Below, in pieces: positions 39,358 to 52,100 of a stretch of 64,000 nucleotides of DNA. The DNA comes from Chlorokybus atmophyticus (lineage: Eukaryota; Plantae; Mesostigma and Chlorokybus algae). The stretch covers positions 367,210 through 431,209 of the forward strand of contig RHPI01000026.1 in the NCBI GenBank assembly GCA_009103225.1, read 5' to 3'. Below the pieces are notes generated by a model, which saw nothing but the letters and a program-made list of their open reading frames with translations, was not told where the DNA came from and ran no database searches. Numbering within the stretch: the first letter of the stretch is position 1; each line of letters opens with the position of its first letter. The translations under genes were made by a program, and so were the position numbers.

Positions 39358-41721
39358 ATGGTGACGGAGGCGCTGTTGGGGTTGGCGCAGCCAAGCTTGC
39401 AGGCGGCCACAGGGCTGTGGGCTGCGACGAATGCTAGTAGGAGCAGCCGCCGTGCTGTGCGGCCTGCACCTCCTGCCCGCATTGTGGCGAGGGCCGCCGG
39501 TGCTACTTCCAGGCGAAACGCAGCACCAGGTTAGCACATGGTGTGCCTTGGATTTTGCAGCTTAATTGTGTCCTGCTAAGCACTGAATGCAATGGTTGTG
39601 TTGTGTAGCATGCAGTGACTATTCTGTGAGGAGGAATGCATGCATGCTGAGTTGAACTTGGCTGAACTGAACTAGCGGTCATCTTGGCAGCGTTTCCACC
39701 TCAGCGACTGCAAGAGTTTCAGCAGCTGTTGTCGGAGTTGACTCAGGTGAGGAGTGACGACGCAATGCTCATCGCCATGCCTACGCTGCACACATTGGTC
39801 AGTCTTCCAATTGGTGGACGTGCATTGAGAGCGTTTGCTGCTTAGGTGGCGGTAACCAGTGGTCCCAAAGGTGTCGAACGAGCTTTTCAGGGTGGTCAGG
39901 CGCTAGCTTCCATCGCATTTGATTGGTTGCAGGCAAGTGCGTGTGCTCTTGTGCAAGGTCTATAATGCTAGCACCGTAGTGTTTTCTTGATTATGCATTC
40001 ATGCAGGGAGATAGGCCACAGCCGCCGGCTTTGCTGCGCAAGTTGTTTGAGAAGCTGGGTGCTACCTACATCAAACTTGGCCAGTTCATAGCCTCAACCC
40101 CGACACTTTTCCCACCAGAGTACGTGAATGAATTCCAGAGCTGCTTGGACAAGACTCCACCCATTGATTACGCCATCATAAGAAGCATCATTGCTTCAGA
40201 GTTGAAGAGACCCATTGATGAGGTGTTCGAGTCTATAGACCCGGTGCCTCTTGCCTCCGCTTCCATCGCGCAGGTGCGGGTTGTGTGAGATTACAGTTGC
40301 ACTGAGAATGCATTGTTGCATGCTAGTCACTTTGTTACACACGCACAGGTTCATTCAGGTGTGCTCAAGGGTTCCAGTGCCGCTGTAGCCATCAAGGTTC
40401 TGAAGCCTGGAGTGGAAAGCATCTTGAGTACTGATTTGAGCTTTCTGGTTTCTGGAGCCAAAGTGCTGGAGTTCTTGGCACCAGAAATGCAGCGAACATC
40501 TGTTGCGGGGATACTCGATGATATTCGCCAGAGCATGCTTGAGGAGGTTAGTGCTTGCTGCCGGCAGTCCTCATGCATTTAGGGCTTTGCAAGAAGAAGC
40601 TCAAGCAGGTGCTGTTCGGAACTCTGACAGGTGGATTTTAAGACAGAGGCTCAGAACATTGAAGCTTTCAGGTCATTCCTGTTCCGCACTGGTGTAACTT
40701 CAGTCACTGCGCCGGAAGTGTATACATCGTTATCAACAAAGGTGAGATCACGACTCATTGCCGGTGTGTTGTCGTTGCATTGCTGCATGTTGTGTACATA
40801 TTATGCAAGCCAACTAGGACGTCACACCAGGACTGCCATTGAGTTGTCTATGCCAATGCGCACAGAGGATTCTGGTCATGGAGCGTTTCTATGGCAAGCC
40901 TCTGACAGACCTGGCAGCCATTCGGCGCTATCTTCCTGGCTCATCTCCAGAGACGCTACTAATTGATGCCTTGAACACTTGGTTCGCCAGCGTGCTGCTC
41001 TGCGAGAGCTTCCACGCGGATGTGCATGGCGGTAACCTCATGGTGCTACAAGATGGCAGGGTGGGATTCATTGACTTTGGCATTGTTGGGCGCATCTCCA
41101 AGGACACATTCACTGCTATGCAGGTAATGCGCCACACAAAGCATGTTGCAAGTTTGTGTGCTTATTGGTCTGCGACAGTGTTATCAAAGCTCTCAAGTCA
41201 GAAGCGTTCATGCCATGTTGCGTTGATGCTGTGCATGATGTTACTTTACTGCCCTCACCTGCAGGCGTTTCTGGGGGCGTTTTCAACCGAAGATTACCGC
41301 ACGATGGCGCTGTCCTTATCTCAAATGGGAGCGACCTCAGCCGTCGTGGACATTGATAGCTTCGCCAAAGATCTCAAGAAGGTCCTGACGCAAGTGCGCG
41401 CTGTTGATGCTGATGTCCTGCTCGGCACGTCCATGTCTGTCGCTGCGACCGTGCAAACTGAGGAAATTAATGCTCTCTTACTTGATGTGGTGAGTAATTA
41501 TAGCAGCTACTTGTGGATTGATTGCGTGCGACTAGGTGAGCACTTGTCGATAAGTGCCTGTCCTTTTGCAGGTGCGTGTTGGTGAGGCTTACGGTCTACG
41601 CTTTCCACGGGAGTTTGGGCTGCTGCTGAAGCAGCTGCTGTACTTTGATCGGTATACGCGCTTGCTAGCACCTACGCTGAGGATCCTGGATGATGACAGG
41701 ATTATGGTGGGGAACACCTGA
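39358..41721 (+). CDS. ABC1K9: Plastid ABC1/aarF atypical kinase (ABC1K9-like), multi-exon
   Basis: Transit peptide. LRKLFEKLGATYIKLGQFIASTPTLFPPEYV, PLASASIAQVH, IKVLKPG, MLEEVDFKTEAQNI, FHADVHGGN, VGFIDFGIVG and RFPREFGLLLKQLLYFDRYTRLLAP. Confidence 0.9.
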
Positions 41722-42715
41722 TGAGAATTGTGTGCGTCTGTGCGTGATGCGCACGTGTTGTTTGCAGGCTGTTTAGCTCTAGATTGAGGTGCATTGTAGA
41801 TGTTGATTGCCATTTATAGTTGCATTGTGGTGCAGTTCCTGAGAATGGAACTGCTGTTACCCAATTGCTAGCTTGAACTTGTTGACGCCAATTACTAGTG
41901 CAAGGGGGTTGTCGATGAAGTTGACTTGCATGTTACGACACGACAGCCCGCATGGCATCCTACATTTTTGTAACTCTATCCTTATGCACCGTTCATATTC
42001 GTTCTGGGGAAAGCTGTGTGCATTTATTATGCAACACAGTATGTCTGCTGGGGGTGCAGCTGCTAGTTGATGTGTACATAAGGGTAAAGGGGCAATGCAC
42101 CATGCACCGAGTGTTTAGCACGCGTGCAGCATGTATATAAGCTCGCACATACTCCGCCTGCTGTGCAGGTGATTACCTCTGCTGCTTGCAGCACTCCTTC
42201 GTTCCCCACCCTGCCCCGTGGTTATCTAGAGTCCTAAGGTCCTAGGGTCTTGAAGTTAAGCGCTGCTCTGGGGCCCCCAAATCTGTTGCTATGCTTAATG
42301 TGACTGTGCCGTTGGACTTGACTGCTTGATTGCTCCAGTGTGCATTGCTAAGTTGCATTTATTTGCTTTGTACATACGCGTGCGCTCTCTTGCTTGCATC
42401 GAAAACACTAGGAAGCCCACACATTGCAGCCACATCCACAGTGAATTTGCATGTGTACCGCAGGTATTGTACTAGTCAATAATGACTTTGCAACCATGCT
42501 CTGACCTGAATTTGCAGCTGGGCCCAACTCCATCACCCAAACGCTGCACATCAACAAGCAATCAGCCCTATTTCGCGGCCAGGTTGCCATGTTGGCTTCT
42601 TTCTCGCTGTCATTGACATGAAACCTGGGCATGCAGCGATGGTAATCTGGCTTCTACCGGCGCACACGTGAAGAAACAGCATCAAACCACAACAGGCTCC
42701 GTTTTAGCATGGTGC

Positions 42716-45287
42716 ATGCGCAGCGCCATGGCGGCCGCGGTGGTGGCGACGGCGACGGTGGCGGCGGTGGTGACGGCCGGTCTGGTCGTGGCAGGAGTTC
42801 CGCGCCGCCTGGCGCTAGTGTACGGATCTGCTGCCACGTGGCATCTGGTGCCGGGGCTGGTGGCTGCGGCCGTTGTCGGACTGGCGCTGCGCTTGCTGCT
42901 GTGAGTTGAGATTGCGCTTGACAGCTGCCGAATGGCCTAAGCTCACTTAGTATTACTGCCATTGTAAGTCACACGTAAGCATGCTGTGAGCTAATGCATG
43001 CAACTTGCAGTATCACACAGCCATGCCTCTGGACTGTGCTGCGTTACCACACAGTATCTGTCGCCCTAGTCTAAACACGAATGGTGTCTTGTGCATGTCA
43101 CTTGGTGTGCAGCTCGGTGCTGCACCTCGCGTGTTATTGGTTCTGGTGCTCTGTGTCCAGTGGCTGTTCAGGAGTGCGGCTGTCTCAAGTCTTCAGTGCA
43201 TCCAAGGTGCATGTCTATCAGCTTACGTTAAAAGCAGGCAGTGCACATGCGCATTGCCTGCTATTAATGTCAGGGTGGAAGGTCGGTTGGGGTGATGTTA
43301 CATGCAAAGTCCGACGTCGTGAACAACAGTCTTCTGTTTTGCAAACAAGGGTGGTTGTCTCCATGTGTAAAGTATGATGAGCGTTCATGTGCGTTTGTGT
43401 AAGAGCTATAGTACATCCGAAGTTGAAGCAAAGTTCTGTTACCGTGGCTTTGCTGAACTCAATTGCTAACCTCATGACTGGGACTGCAAGCTGCTATGGC
43501 TACAGTTCCTTACGGCACCATTGAGCTCACGCACTGAATCATGTTAGCTTATTGATGTACTTATATGTTAGGCGGTGTACGGGGAAGCGAGCGCCAGACA
43601 AGCGCACGGTGTGGTTGCTTCTGACTGTTCAGCTTAGCTTAGGACTGCTCGCAGCTGAGAGATGGCTGCTTAAGTTGAACTACCCAGTGAGTGGCGCTCA
43701 AGCCTACTATACCGCAACTCTCTACCCGTTCGCACTGCTCTCATCCCTTAACTGGCCTGCACTGGCCTGGTTGCCTGCGCTGGTAGCCTGGTGGAACCCT
43801 GCCAATACGCTGCCATGGCTTCGTGACGGCGCAGCTGCATTGTCTGCAGCCCTGGCATTATGCGCGTGCATCGCGTGTGTGTACCAGTGGCTGGACAGCA
43901 AACGAGGCGCTGCGTGGAGATGTGCTGCGATTGTGGCATTGGCTGCAGCTGCAGTGAGTCAGCTTCACGTGCATTCAGGTATGGTGTGCAAACGCGTGCG
44001 CAGTAGATAGTGCATTCATTCTTGAACAACATCGAAAGCTCTCATGTGCATAGTTCTGTGACGCATAACGCAAATTGGCGTATCTATAGGAGTCAACTGT
44101 TTTTTGCTTGGCAAAGAGTGCCTTTCTGAGTTACTTTGCGTGTGGCTTTGTTGTTTGTGATCTAGCTAGCGCAACCTAATGCTCTGCTGGCAGTCTCCAA
44201 AGACTACCGTGTGCTTGAAGCGAGGCACTCGCTGACTGGGTACGTTGCCGTGGTTGAGGGCCGTGAATCCCGTTTGATGCGCTGCGATCACTCTCTTCTC
44301 GGAGGCGTGTTCGTGGAATCTGGCGACTCTGTCTTTGGTATGTTGATCAGTTCAATAACGAGTTTAGCTTGATTGTCCAGGAGCACATGATGCCTTTGCA
44401 AACACACTGGCATGCATGCATGCATGCGCACGCACACGTGTGTGTGTGCGCACACACATATGCAAATAAGCACCACATATCCATATGCACTGACACACCC
44501 ACCCACTTGTGCAGCTGTCTTTCATCTTCTGGAGGCCGCCCGATTGCTCCAGCAACAGCAAGCTGACCGCAAGTTAACAGCATTGCAAATCGGACTTGGC
44601 TGCGGGATCGCTGCTTCGGCACTGCACACACATGGATACGCTGTAGATGTCGCAGAGATCGACCCCGTTGTATACAGCTACGCTGTCAAACACTTCAGCT
44701 TCCCGGTAACAAAGGGAAGAGTCTTTCTGCAAGACGCCAGGGAACTGCTTGACAGCAACGCCACGCATGGCGCATACGATATCATCCTGCACGACGTGTT
44801 CACGGGTGGCACTGTGCCGGGCTCGCTGTTCACAGTGGAGGCCTTCCGCGGCGTGTTGCGTGCGCTTCGGCCCAACGGCGTGTTTGTTTTAAACATGGCC
44901 GGGGACCCAAATAGTCGCGCATTGAGAGCGGTGTTTACAACCTTCAGAACAGTCTTCCCTAACAGTCGCTGCTTTATTGAATCCGTGCCACACGACGTGA
45001 AAAAGGAGAGCTCGTTTCGCAATGTTGTGCTGTTTGCTTCGGAAGGCTCCTTGAAGTTTAGACCAGCAGAAGTGATGGATGCTCTCGGGTCTGAGATGCG
45101 CGCTTGGGTCCTGACAGAGTACTTGTCTTGGGAAGTGGAGTTTAATGAGCTCGCTCGCAACGGGACCGTGCTAGTTGATGGTAACAATCCTCTGGATGAA
45201 TGGCAGCGACCATCCGCCTTGACTCATTGGACCATCATGAGAGAGATTTTGCCCATTGATTTCTGGTTAAATTCTGTGGTAACATAG
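42716..45287 (+). CDS. Membrane-anchored spermidine-synthase-fold SAM-dependent methyltransferase-like protein, multi-exon
   Basis: Several N-terminal hydrophobic helices, then RLMRCDHSLLGG, LQIGLGCG (motif I), VAEIDPVV (motif II), IILHDVFTGG, LRPNGVFVLN, FRNVVLFAS and HWTIMREILP. Checked junctions: TCA G|...|TC TCC and TTT G|...|CT GTC. Confidence 0.8.
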
Positions 45288-47574
45288 TGTCAGTGCTGTG
45301 TTGTAGCGAATGTGTATACTGTGTGGGTAGCTCGAGTGGAAGTAAATGTATGAGTGTGGGATAGGTCATCTGTTCTGATCATGGTCGCATTGATCGCCAA
45401 CATGACAGGTACACGTCTCTGACGAGTATTGTCACCAATCTTGTGGCCAACTTTTCATGTAGGCTGTGGTGCTTGTGAACGTGCTGCTACAAACAAACGT
45501 GATAGCAATACTGCGACCAAGCAGAAAGTGTGCACAGTAAGGAAGCAGATTACTCCATGTCCTGGGCCATGATGTTAACGTTTAGTTTATCCGCTTCGTA
45601 TGAAGCGCAAGAGCTCCCAAGAGATCTGAATCTGCCAACTGCTAGTACTTCATTGATGTTCATCTAATCTTTCATTGCGGACCATAATAATTTGTGGTAC
45701 AGAGTGCACGAGCTGATAGATATCTCGCAGTATATGTAGGGTTCTCATAGCAAACCTGCAGCGTTTAGCGCGCGCATGCGCACATGTGTATTGGAAACCT
45801 CATTGTACACAAGGTCGTGTCGCTGCTGGCGGCGCGAGAGACGTTAGCGACGTGGCTGTGGCGAGGGGGAGGGGCCGAGAGCAAAGCACCACTCCCATCG
45901 CGCTTGACCTGGTCATGGCGTGGGCCCTACGCCCTATCTCAGGCCAAGCTCCATGCCTTACATTGTCAGGTTAGTTGAGCCATTGCTGCATGCTGCCAGA
46001 TGCTTGCCCCTCGGCCATTGCATTGCACGGCACATAGCAGCATTTAGGGTAGCGAATAGGTGGCCCCAGTTTCAATGAAATTGCCTTTGCTTGCCCTATT
46101 ATGCATCTTTGCCTGTACACGCATGTTTATGTTGGACATACCATAATCTGTACCCTATACACAGGGGCAAGGAACTTGATGAGACAAGCACTTGATGAGA
46201 CAAGCACTTCTAAACAAACACCCTACAGCGATCATAGGCAGAGGACCAAACCACACCCTAGCAACATGCCTGACTAGTGCATATGAATGTTACCAATAGT
46301 TATTGACACATCAAGGCGTAATGCGTAGCTTGCGTTCATAAAATGTAGTCATTAAAATGGCTTGAGCATCGCAGTAGAAAATGGCTGGTGTGGCTTTTAG
46401 GTTTGTGTTTCTTGTTACTAGTTGGGCGAGTGGCGGTTATGCATGGTGACATCAATAACAGCAACGCCCCATTGCATGCCGATCATAATAGAGGATGAAA
46501 GGCACATGGCTCGCTCGCCCTTCGTGGTTACCTACAGCGACGCCCCATCGTAGCCTTAGGGGCTATTGCTCTGGGTTTGCTGTGTCCATGTGCTTACATC
46601 TGTAACGTGCAACAATATACATTATTATATACCTCATGCACGTCTTTGGGCTTCAGATGCAACTTGCCGTGTTCAATTGATTGAACCCTGCTAATTATCA
46701 ATTATTTGATATCACATGCACGCACTCATTTCAAAGCCTCAAGGAGAAAACGAAGGAGATCCTGTCGAGCTGTGATGTGTGTTGCATTGGCAAAGATGAC
46801 AACTTGAAGTCGTCACATACAATGCCACCATCAGTAAGGGTCAGCAACCACAGCGTGCACACTCGAGCATCCAAACATGCTGGCACAATGCATACATAGC
46901 AGCGCAGCGACAGCAGTGTGCTGCATGCATGGGACTGCATGCTGCGCGCGCCATGGGCGCCAACCCTAACCCTGGCTGCGGCGACGCAGTTACGGCCAGC
47001 CGGACAGTAAAGAGTCAAGACGGCAGGAGGAGGAAGGGTGTGGGGAAGGAAGGAGGGAGGGGAAGTCCAAGTCCTGCTGCTGTTGTGACCGCTGGTGCTG
47101 CAGCAAGTGGGCCGCTAATTGGGTGGCGATGCTGCAGGTAACCACGATTGCAACATGTGCATGCTTGACTAACAGGGGGGCTTAGATGTAGGTGTAGTAG
47201 AGTAGCCCGGTGGTCGTGTGGAAGCAACGAGGTGAGTATGTTTTGCAGAGCGTTGCATACGTGGTGTGGTCTGAATGGGCATACCCTCTCGCATTTTCTG
47301 TATACAATGCTTGAGCGACCACATTCCGCATTGTTTGTACAACTATCAAGGCTGAGCAACAAGCACTGTACAAACTCTAGCAATGGCAATACACACGGAT
47401 AGCACAGCACTCAAGCAATATCGTTAATATTACCAAATGTACAGCGGGGGGTGCGGACCGCACCAATACAACAGGACTCAGACAGGGCCTATCACATGCT
47501 ACCTGCATGCAAATAGGCAACAGGGTACAGACCGTTTCTGACCAAAACGGCGGTGTCACAATCCAAACCATTAC

Positions 47575-50500
47575 TCAATCGAATCTAGCTACATACATAA
47601 CCTTCTCAACTCGCTTCCAGTTTCCTGGGCGCATCAATGGCTGAACCTGGCAACGCGTGTTGTGATGCTGATGTGTCCAGACCATACTGCGCGTCCAGAA
47701 CAGCACAAGTCGAATTATTTCGCTGCATCCTTCCCCTCCTGCGCACATAAACAATGCCAAGCTTGCCATACCATCAAAGGCTACAGCACTCTATCACCAT
47801 ACGCTATCACCATGCATTGAACAGGCATGATGTTACGGACATGGATTGCAGTAAAGCCGTCGACATCCTACCTGCTTGGTGGATTCCTCGCCCGTGACTT
47901 TGCGAGCCAGATCTGCAGCAAGCTTTCTGAACATCAGGAAGTAAAACATCTCAAGGTAGCGGCGGGTTTCCATGCGCTCGACATTCGTACGAAAGCGCCA
48001 GAAACTGTATATGCGCGACAGCGACAGCAACCTCTTCGCATACAACTGCCACGTGTAGCGCGTTTTCACCCTCTCAATGGCACCCTCACTGAGCTTGTCC
48101 CAGTAGGATGCATCCTCCTGCAGTGGATCCATCGGTCTTTGCATAAGATGCACAGAATATGCATTGCGCGTACCACCTAACTAAAGCTCCTTCGCAAGTG
48201 CACACACATGCATGTCTTGCATTTGATGTACACACGCACACGCATGCGCACATGCACGTGCGCATGCATGCAGATGTTTGCTCATACCTTGCAATCCTTG
48301 CAAAACTTTAGCATGCGATCTACGACTTGCTGAGGATGATGTGGATCAATATGGAAGCCAGACACACCGTCCTCAATAATTTCAATAGGCCCGCCATAGA
48401 TTGTTCCAAAAGTGGGCAGACCACAACTGCAAATTTTATTTAATGACAGTATCAGTGGCTGGAAAGCTTACAACAAGTGTAGAAACCTGCAAATGCCAAT
48501 GATTACCTCATAGCCTCAACCACAGTCAAGCCGAAGCCCTCGTACAGGGCTGGCTGGACAAAGGCTCCTTTGTTGTCCGCAGTGAAGCGGTAGAATTCAC
48601 CAACAAGCTCCTTGTCCGTCTGCATGACTACCCAACGCACCTGTGCAAAAGAGGCTTATATTAATCAGGTCGAAGACATGACAACGATGACAGCCTTGCC
48701 GCATAGTTGTTCCAGTGCAAAGCGAATCAATTCATCTAAACTGTATCCCGCATCAGTGGTCTCTTGTCAACTACAAGTGACTCTTGTCAGCCGGTCTGAC
48801 AAGAGTCACTTGACTGACTTTGCTTTCGGCGTTTGACGCAACAGTGCGTAGCACTGACCTCCTTGTGCAGGTCGTGTTTCTCAAACAGCTGGTGCATGCG
48901 TCTGATCTGTTCTTGCTCTTCAGAATCGTTGGACTTGGACTCGTCTATTTGCCCACCTACAACGAGCAAGTTGACAAGCTTGCGCAGCTCCGGGGTCGTC
49001 GCATACCACTCCACCAACCCAGTGATGTTCTTCACCTTGTCCAACCTTGCCATTGTAAACAGCAGAGGCTTCTTTGTGTCTTCCAACTGCCCGCACGCGT
49101 CATTGCAGTTCTGCACATGACAACATGTCGGATCGCAATCATCAAGGGCAGTGCAAGCAGGGACCTGTTGCATGCCTTGGCAAAAAGTACAGAACTCTAA
49201 GTTTACCTCACCATACACGAGCGCTTCAACATCCTTGAGTTTTGGGCTGCGCCTGTCGCGCTGGTTGGCGGGGAAGAAGCAGTCAGGGTCGGCGCCAGGT
49301 GCAACAATATTGAACTTTGGGTCCCTGACATCAATGCCGTCCACCACTCTGTATAGGTGCGGCATTGTGAAGGAGGAGTAGCTTTCGTACTGCCCAACGG
49401 ATGTCTTGGTCCCTGCTATCTCTTGATACGTCGAGGTGATGATGAAGTTTGCAGAGTTCATTGAGATCACATCGGCTGTATACTGGCAGGAGAAGTGGTA
49501 CTGGTCTTCATAGTCCTGCCAGTACAAATCGCTCTGCGGGTACTTGACCACCTCCAGCGCGTGAGCGATGTTGCACTGTGTTACACCCAAGCGCCTTGCG
49601 AGCATACTGGCCACAAGGTTGCCATCAGAGTAATTACCTGCATACCCGCACACAAACTGGTAAGTGAAATGCCATCTGCAGTGTGTACAACAGCACCAAT
49701 TGTCATGTCGAATGTGTACTCTAGCACTTGAACCCAGTACCACAAGAGCTGTCAATGCTTACCAATGACAAAGTCCGGATCCTCACTTATTTGCTCCTTC
49801 AACACTGGATACGCGTCCTGTGCAAACCGCTCGAGGTACGGCCAGATCTTGAAGCGTGAAATCCATTGAGGTATCACCTGTGTCCAACAGTAGTGGTCAC
49901 AATGTAGTGATGTGGTCATAATGTAGCTTGCAATGACTGACGTTGAGAACTGTCACTCACCTGGCCTTTTTCATTACGGAAAGGCACCCGCACAATTCTT
50001 GCGTACTTTGTGCCATTGATGCGCTCCACAGGCTGGTTGCAAGTGGTGCCTTGCGCGTCTGGAATCAATCTTGTAAGCACCACAATCTCGGGTTCTATGT
50101 CCAAGCCTTGGCTTTCGATGCTTGCGAGCATCTCTTGCTCCAGCGCGCGGACTTGGTTGAGGATGTACACGACCTGCCCGCCAGTGTCCGGTTTGCCTAG
50201 CACCTGCGCATGGACGCGTAAGCGTGTGTTCCAGCGCACGCACGCAGTTGCAAGCATGCGCTGGAACACACGCCGCGAGACGAAGTTAACTGCTATATGT
50301 CAAAGTGCTTTGCATGCTCACAGACGTGGTGTACATATCAGAGACAGGGTACATGAAGCCACTCGCTCGCAACAGCCAGCATACTGACATGCAGCTGCGG
50401 TTGTGTGCACGACTGCCTTGTGCATTGTTCTTCAGTGACCACTTGCCCCCTCTCAGGTACGTCACGAAGAAAAGGAACATGATGTGACCTACCCCTTGCT

Positions 50501-52100
50501 GGCCAAAGAAACCATGCGGCGACACAATCGCAATGGTGAATATCAACGGCAGCTGGCTGAGGAACTTCTCCAGGCCCTCTGGCGATGGTGCTTCCAGCAC
50601 ATCAGCAAGCAGCTTCATCATGCTGCGGATCTGCAATCAGGAAAACAGAGTCTCACAGATGGTGCCAGAAGGCCAGCATTGCATGCAGATAGTGTAAATA
50701 CATGACGAACCAAACGACAGCTACCTTCTGTACACTTCGGCCCCACCCCGGCTCGAAGCCAAGGTGACGCAACTGCTCCTCGTGATCTTTCCATGTCTCT
50801 GTCTCCGGACGTCCGTCCAGCAGCTCATCCGCCACTGACAGTGCCTGCAGGTGAAGCATGTTACCTGTGATACTTGAGACGGATATAGCAGAGACTGTTA
50901 TCTCATTGTGTCCGCAAGGTGCAATAGCATGCACAAACAGTGCCCTTACATCTTGTAGCTCCTCAACAGTTCTGGTGTTGGTGTTAAGCAACATCTGGCG
51001 TCCGCGGTGCTCCAGATCGCGCAGAAACTCAACGAGCTCCTTTGTTCCTTTCCCGGAGAGATCAAACATGCGGCCCGAGAGGAAGCGGTTCTGCAAACAA
51101 CTGCCTCATTGACTGACTCCCAATGCATGTGAGTATGCGCATGTTGCTTACAAGAAACTCAACGCCTTTCCCAATTGAACTGGCTTCGCGCATTTTGGGA
51201 AAGTCGCGCTCGAACGGGCTCAAGTCTAACTCCAATACAGGGCCATCATGGCCATTTACCAAGCGTTCCTTCTTTTGCAAATAGGTAGTAACAGGTATCT
51301 CCTTCAAGGTGACATCCTGCATCACAAACATGCAAAATGAAGTCAGCAACAAATAGCATGCTGGAGCTGCTTACAATTATCTGTGAGTTGAGTTGTTGCT
51401 TACAGGTTCACGGATACTGCAAACAACAACTTTGCTTGCATGGGTTGAACAATAAAGCACGGTGTCATATAACAAACACATCTCTTACCTGCATGTGAAT
51501 CTCAAAATACCTCCATTTAGCGACCTGCGACAGAGAAGGGCCAAGCAAAAGTGAGGCCACATACAATCTTTCATACAGTTTTCCAGAATTTGAGATAGCC
51601 GTGTTCAACAGGTGTGCATGCACCAGTGCTGTTTTTATGAGAAGGGGGGGGGGGGGGGGGGGGGGGCCCGATCTTGGGCTTTCAACGAAGGAGCAGAATG
51701 TCGCGTTCGGNCGACAAGTCCAGTCACGCGAGATCTCGATGACAATGCACTTGCCATGAAGATCAAACACCAACGCCAAGGCGATAGCAACCGATAAGCA
51801 AGCAGTCCTTGCTGTGACACACTGGTCCAAACCAACCTTGGTGCGGACAGAGAGGTACAAGTAGGGAGGCAGGACGACTGCCTCCTGCGTGAAAGAGATA
51901 ATGGCGCAAACTGTGGTCTTGGCCAGGGCGCATGAGGAGTTCTCGCCGCAGACCTCATCGAGGCCGTCCACAACCTGGCCCCGGTTAAGTATGCGGGGGC
52001 CCTGCTCACCGTAGCGCCTGATTAGCAGCAGCATGTCTTTCTTGTGCTGCTGCATTATCTCCGCCAGCTGCTTGCCCATGACGCATGTTGCCGTGGCCAT
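47575..52100 (-). CDS. SUS: Sucrose synthase (GT4), multi-exon
   Basis: [64 protein letters not shown] and [21 protein letters not shown]. The 3' end is either read-through to the stop at 47833 or a spliced last exon ending at 47575. ATG at 52100 or 52079. Confidence 0.95.

Noticed and set aside
46176-46210. 16-bp tandem duplication ACTTGATGAGACAAGC x2
   Set aside because: An isolated slippage event with no further structure.
46960-46975. AACCCTAACCCT telomere-like motif
   Set aside because: Only two units; too short to call an interstitial telomere, and a role as a telo-box is unsupported.
51644-51711. 23-nt poly-G run and single N in SUS intron 1
   Set aside because: Flanking exons splice cleanly (RTK|[12 protein letters not shown]). 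This is likely a homopolymer or assembly scar, and no TE termini are evident.
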